A stretch of 64,000 nt of DNA from Squalus acanthias. Taxonomy: Eukaryota. Positions 61,601 through 64,000 of this stretch are shown piece after piece. The DNA is taken from positions 76,260,001-76,324,000 of the forward strand of contig CM059437.1 of the NCBI GenBank assembly GCA_030390025.1. The letters are read 5' to 3'. Below the pieces are notes generated by a model. The model saw only the letters and a list, made by a program, of their open reading frames with translations, was not told the DNA's origin and searched no databases. The position numbers were made by a program, and so were the translations under genes. The number at the start of each line of letters is the position of its first letter. Position 1 is the first letter of the stretch.

Positions 61601-63715
61601 TCAGATGTCATCAGGGGCTACTAATGCAGCATGAATTGGGATCAATGCTGTGGAAGAGATGCAAGTACTGGAAAACACATCCAAATCCTGGGTATATATT
61701 AAAGGGGTTGTCATAACCACCACACCACTGCAAAGTGATTGCTGACTTGTCAGCACCATTGGGTCCAAACCAGACTAGAGCAGAGCAATTTGAAATGCCT
61801 TCAGGAAGGAACCATCACAGCGCTTGGGCTCATTGCCACATGGAGTACTTCAAGGTGATGCATGATTTGCTCATTGAGATCCCCGGGATAGTCAAAAAGA
61901 TTTCAAAATATACCCCCATGCAGCTTTTTCAGTAGGAAGAATTAGTTGTGCAGCCATGAGTAGCTCACAGTACAACTAGTGCTGCCAATTGTACACAACT
62001 TCTGGTAGGGTAATTTAACTATAGCCTGGCAATTAGGGTTGTCAACTCTGGTTGGATGTATTCCTGGATGCATCACCACACGAGCTCCTGTCTCCACTAT
62101 TGGTCACCCAACATGTCCATACTCAGTGCTCCAGCCCCACATCAGTTGCAAAGCAACTAGACCATTATCTGATTGGATGATTCTTGACTGTCAAACAGCA
62201 CCAATATTTTTAGAACTAGTAAACAAAATGGTCAATGATTTTAAAAACATTTAACACCTCTAGGATTTTTCCATGCAGCAATGTCCTGGAGATATGAGTC
62301 ATTAATTCCTGGAGACTCCAGAGCAATCTTGAGGGTTGGTAACCCACGAGATAAAATTCAATTTGGAATTAGACACCAGTTTGGTTACTATGTGCAGTAC
62401 CTCACTGTTCACCCATCATAGCATTGGTGTTTAAAGATTAAGCCATCATCCAACTTTAGAAAGCAAGACATTGATACTATACACAAGACCAACTTCCCGT
62501 GTACTCAAGGCAAGGGGTGGAAGAAAGAATAGTTCTCACTACATTTACCACACACAGGCAAGAAGCTCACTCCACAGCAGGTCTTCTACCTCCCCTAACA
62601 CCACAAAACACACCACTCGTTATAGAAAAGTATCTCACCAGTCATTATTTTCATGGAAAAGACCAAGCTGCCATCTCCAGCCAGAAACCCAGTTACCGGA
62701 AATGCTGTTGAGGGTACAGGTACTTCATCCCTAGAGAAAGAACAGGGACATTAACTGATGTGGCCAGCACTCAGGCTGAATTTGGACACAGAGCAAGAGG
62801 TGGCTATTTTAACTTGACTTTCAGCCAATGTGGGGTCAGGAGAAGCCAACAGCCACAAAGCAACTGGCCAAATACAGCAATTAAATGGACTCAATTTTCT
62901 GGACATTTTGTCTCATTACAATAGCAAAATACTGCAGATGCTGGAAATCTGAAATAAAACAAGAGATGCAGGAAACACTCATTGACCTGAAACGTTAAAT
63001 GTTTCTCTCTCCATTGATGCTGCCGGACCTGAGCATTTTCTGTTTTTTTGGCGTTAAAAACCAGCCAATAATATACTTCAATATACACAAACTATGGAAC
63101 CTACGAGGAGGCCACAGAGCAAGTTAGTAGTGACATTAAGGTTTACTGTGCTGAGTGAGAGATCCCCAGGCTGGGGTTGGATCTTACACTGGATAGCGAC
63201 ATTCCAGGCGAGTGCTGAGCTGCTCCATCCCAGAGGCTGGGCTGGCTTCATACTTCAGGTAGTTCCAGTAAACCATCTCCTTATCGGTCACCTGAGAGGG
63301 GTAACAAAAAGGGAGGGTCAGAACTCCAGCCTGGAGTTAGGACAACAGCCCGAGCGGGCGGTAGAGCCTCTCACACCCACCAGTCGGCCAGCCCGGCAAT
63401 CCTGTAGTTCATACTGGAAGGAGAGGACTCGGGGGGAGCTGAAGCCTGAAGCAGGGCAGTTTCCCAGCCGGAAAGCCGAGGCCTCAACGCCAGCGAAGAA
63501 ATCCATCGATACAAACACAGTCAGGGTAGAGTTGCCGCAAGAGTGAGCGATGCCATGTTGAAGAACTGAAATAGAAAGAAAGTTAGAGCTGGAGAGGAGA
63601 GAAATGCATCAATTCAGAGCTACCGACCGTAAAAAAAAATACAAATAAAACCTGTTTGTTGCTCTCCCACCACAACAACCACCAAGAACAGCACTAAACT
63701 CCCGAGACAAATCAT
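58688..63715 (-). CDS. ZP3: ZP3-like copy 4: exons 1-9 appear intact; same last-exon lesion (TAA 58780-58782)
   Basis: ATG at 63715; exon structure as copy 1; Tyr-to-Cys change in exon 5 (IATCHQDL). Confidence 0.85.
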
Positions 63716-64000
63716 TTTAGAGCAGGCTGGGCTACTGACTGCAGGAAAGGGGGTCGAGAGCTGTTTTATAACGAGCCCCATTAACACTCTGACACCTGCT
63801 CATTCAAGGTCATTTAAATTCCTGAGCCAAACCATCACTCGGACACTTGATCCAATTTACAGGCCCATTAAAAATCTCGAGAATGTGTGGTGATCACTCA
63901 GGAAAGCAACAAGGATTTAGCAACAGCGAGGGAAGGAGAAACACGTGGCGATTCACCGTCAGTTTTTTTTCACTCAGCAAGGCTGAGGGGTTTATTCATT

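Larger units (their letters stand above)
15860..64000. repeat. Tandem segmental duplication: at least 4 head-to-tail units of 12058, 12871, 12459 and >10750 bp
   Basis: CTGTATTGAGGCCTCAGCTTTACACAC recurs at 15860, 27918, 40789 and 53248, and downstream sequence and ORFs recur collinearly with scattered differences. Confidence 0.98.

Noticed and set aside
15860-64000. Array as a pure assembly artefact
   Set aside because: Units carry private SINE insertions, inversions, VNTR lengths and many substitutions, giving four distinct versions, more than two alleles can explain; exact copy number and order still need read support.

Overview
Vertebrate nuclear DNA, very probably a shark or other elasmobranch, judged from the repeat content (HE1-like V-SINEs, Deu-domain SINEs, CR1 and L2 LINEs). 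It is not prokaryotic, so most of the six-frame ORF track is noise or antisense. Bases 1-15.8 kb hold coding exons 2-4 of MTFP1 (+ strand; exon 1 lies upstream of the window), with introns full of retro- and DNA transposons, including a young CR1 with an uninterrupted ORF2. From about 15,860 to the end is a head-to-tail tandem array of a 12-13 kb unit (starts about 15860, 27918, 40789, 53248; the fourth unit runs off the window). Each unit carries a 10-exon, minus-strand ZP3/ZPC-type egg-coat gene. Copy 1 encodes a complete 376-aa precursor with a TM anchor. Copy 2 is frameshifted in exon 2. Copies 2-4 share a 1-nt deletion in the last exon that either stops the protein just before the TM helix or forces a 2-nt-shifted splice acceptor. 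Units also differ by a 268-bp palindromic Penelope-like insertion (units 2 and 4), private SINE insertions, four micro-inversions and a 46-bp VNTR (8/7/5 copies), and each may hide a second, decayed multi-exon gene. All calls come from manual reading and translation; no database search was run.
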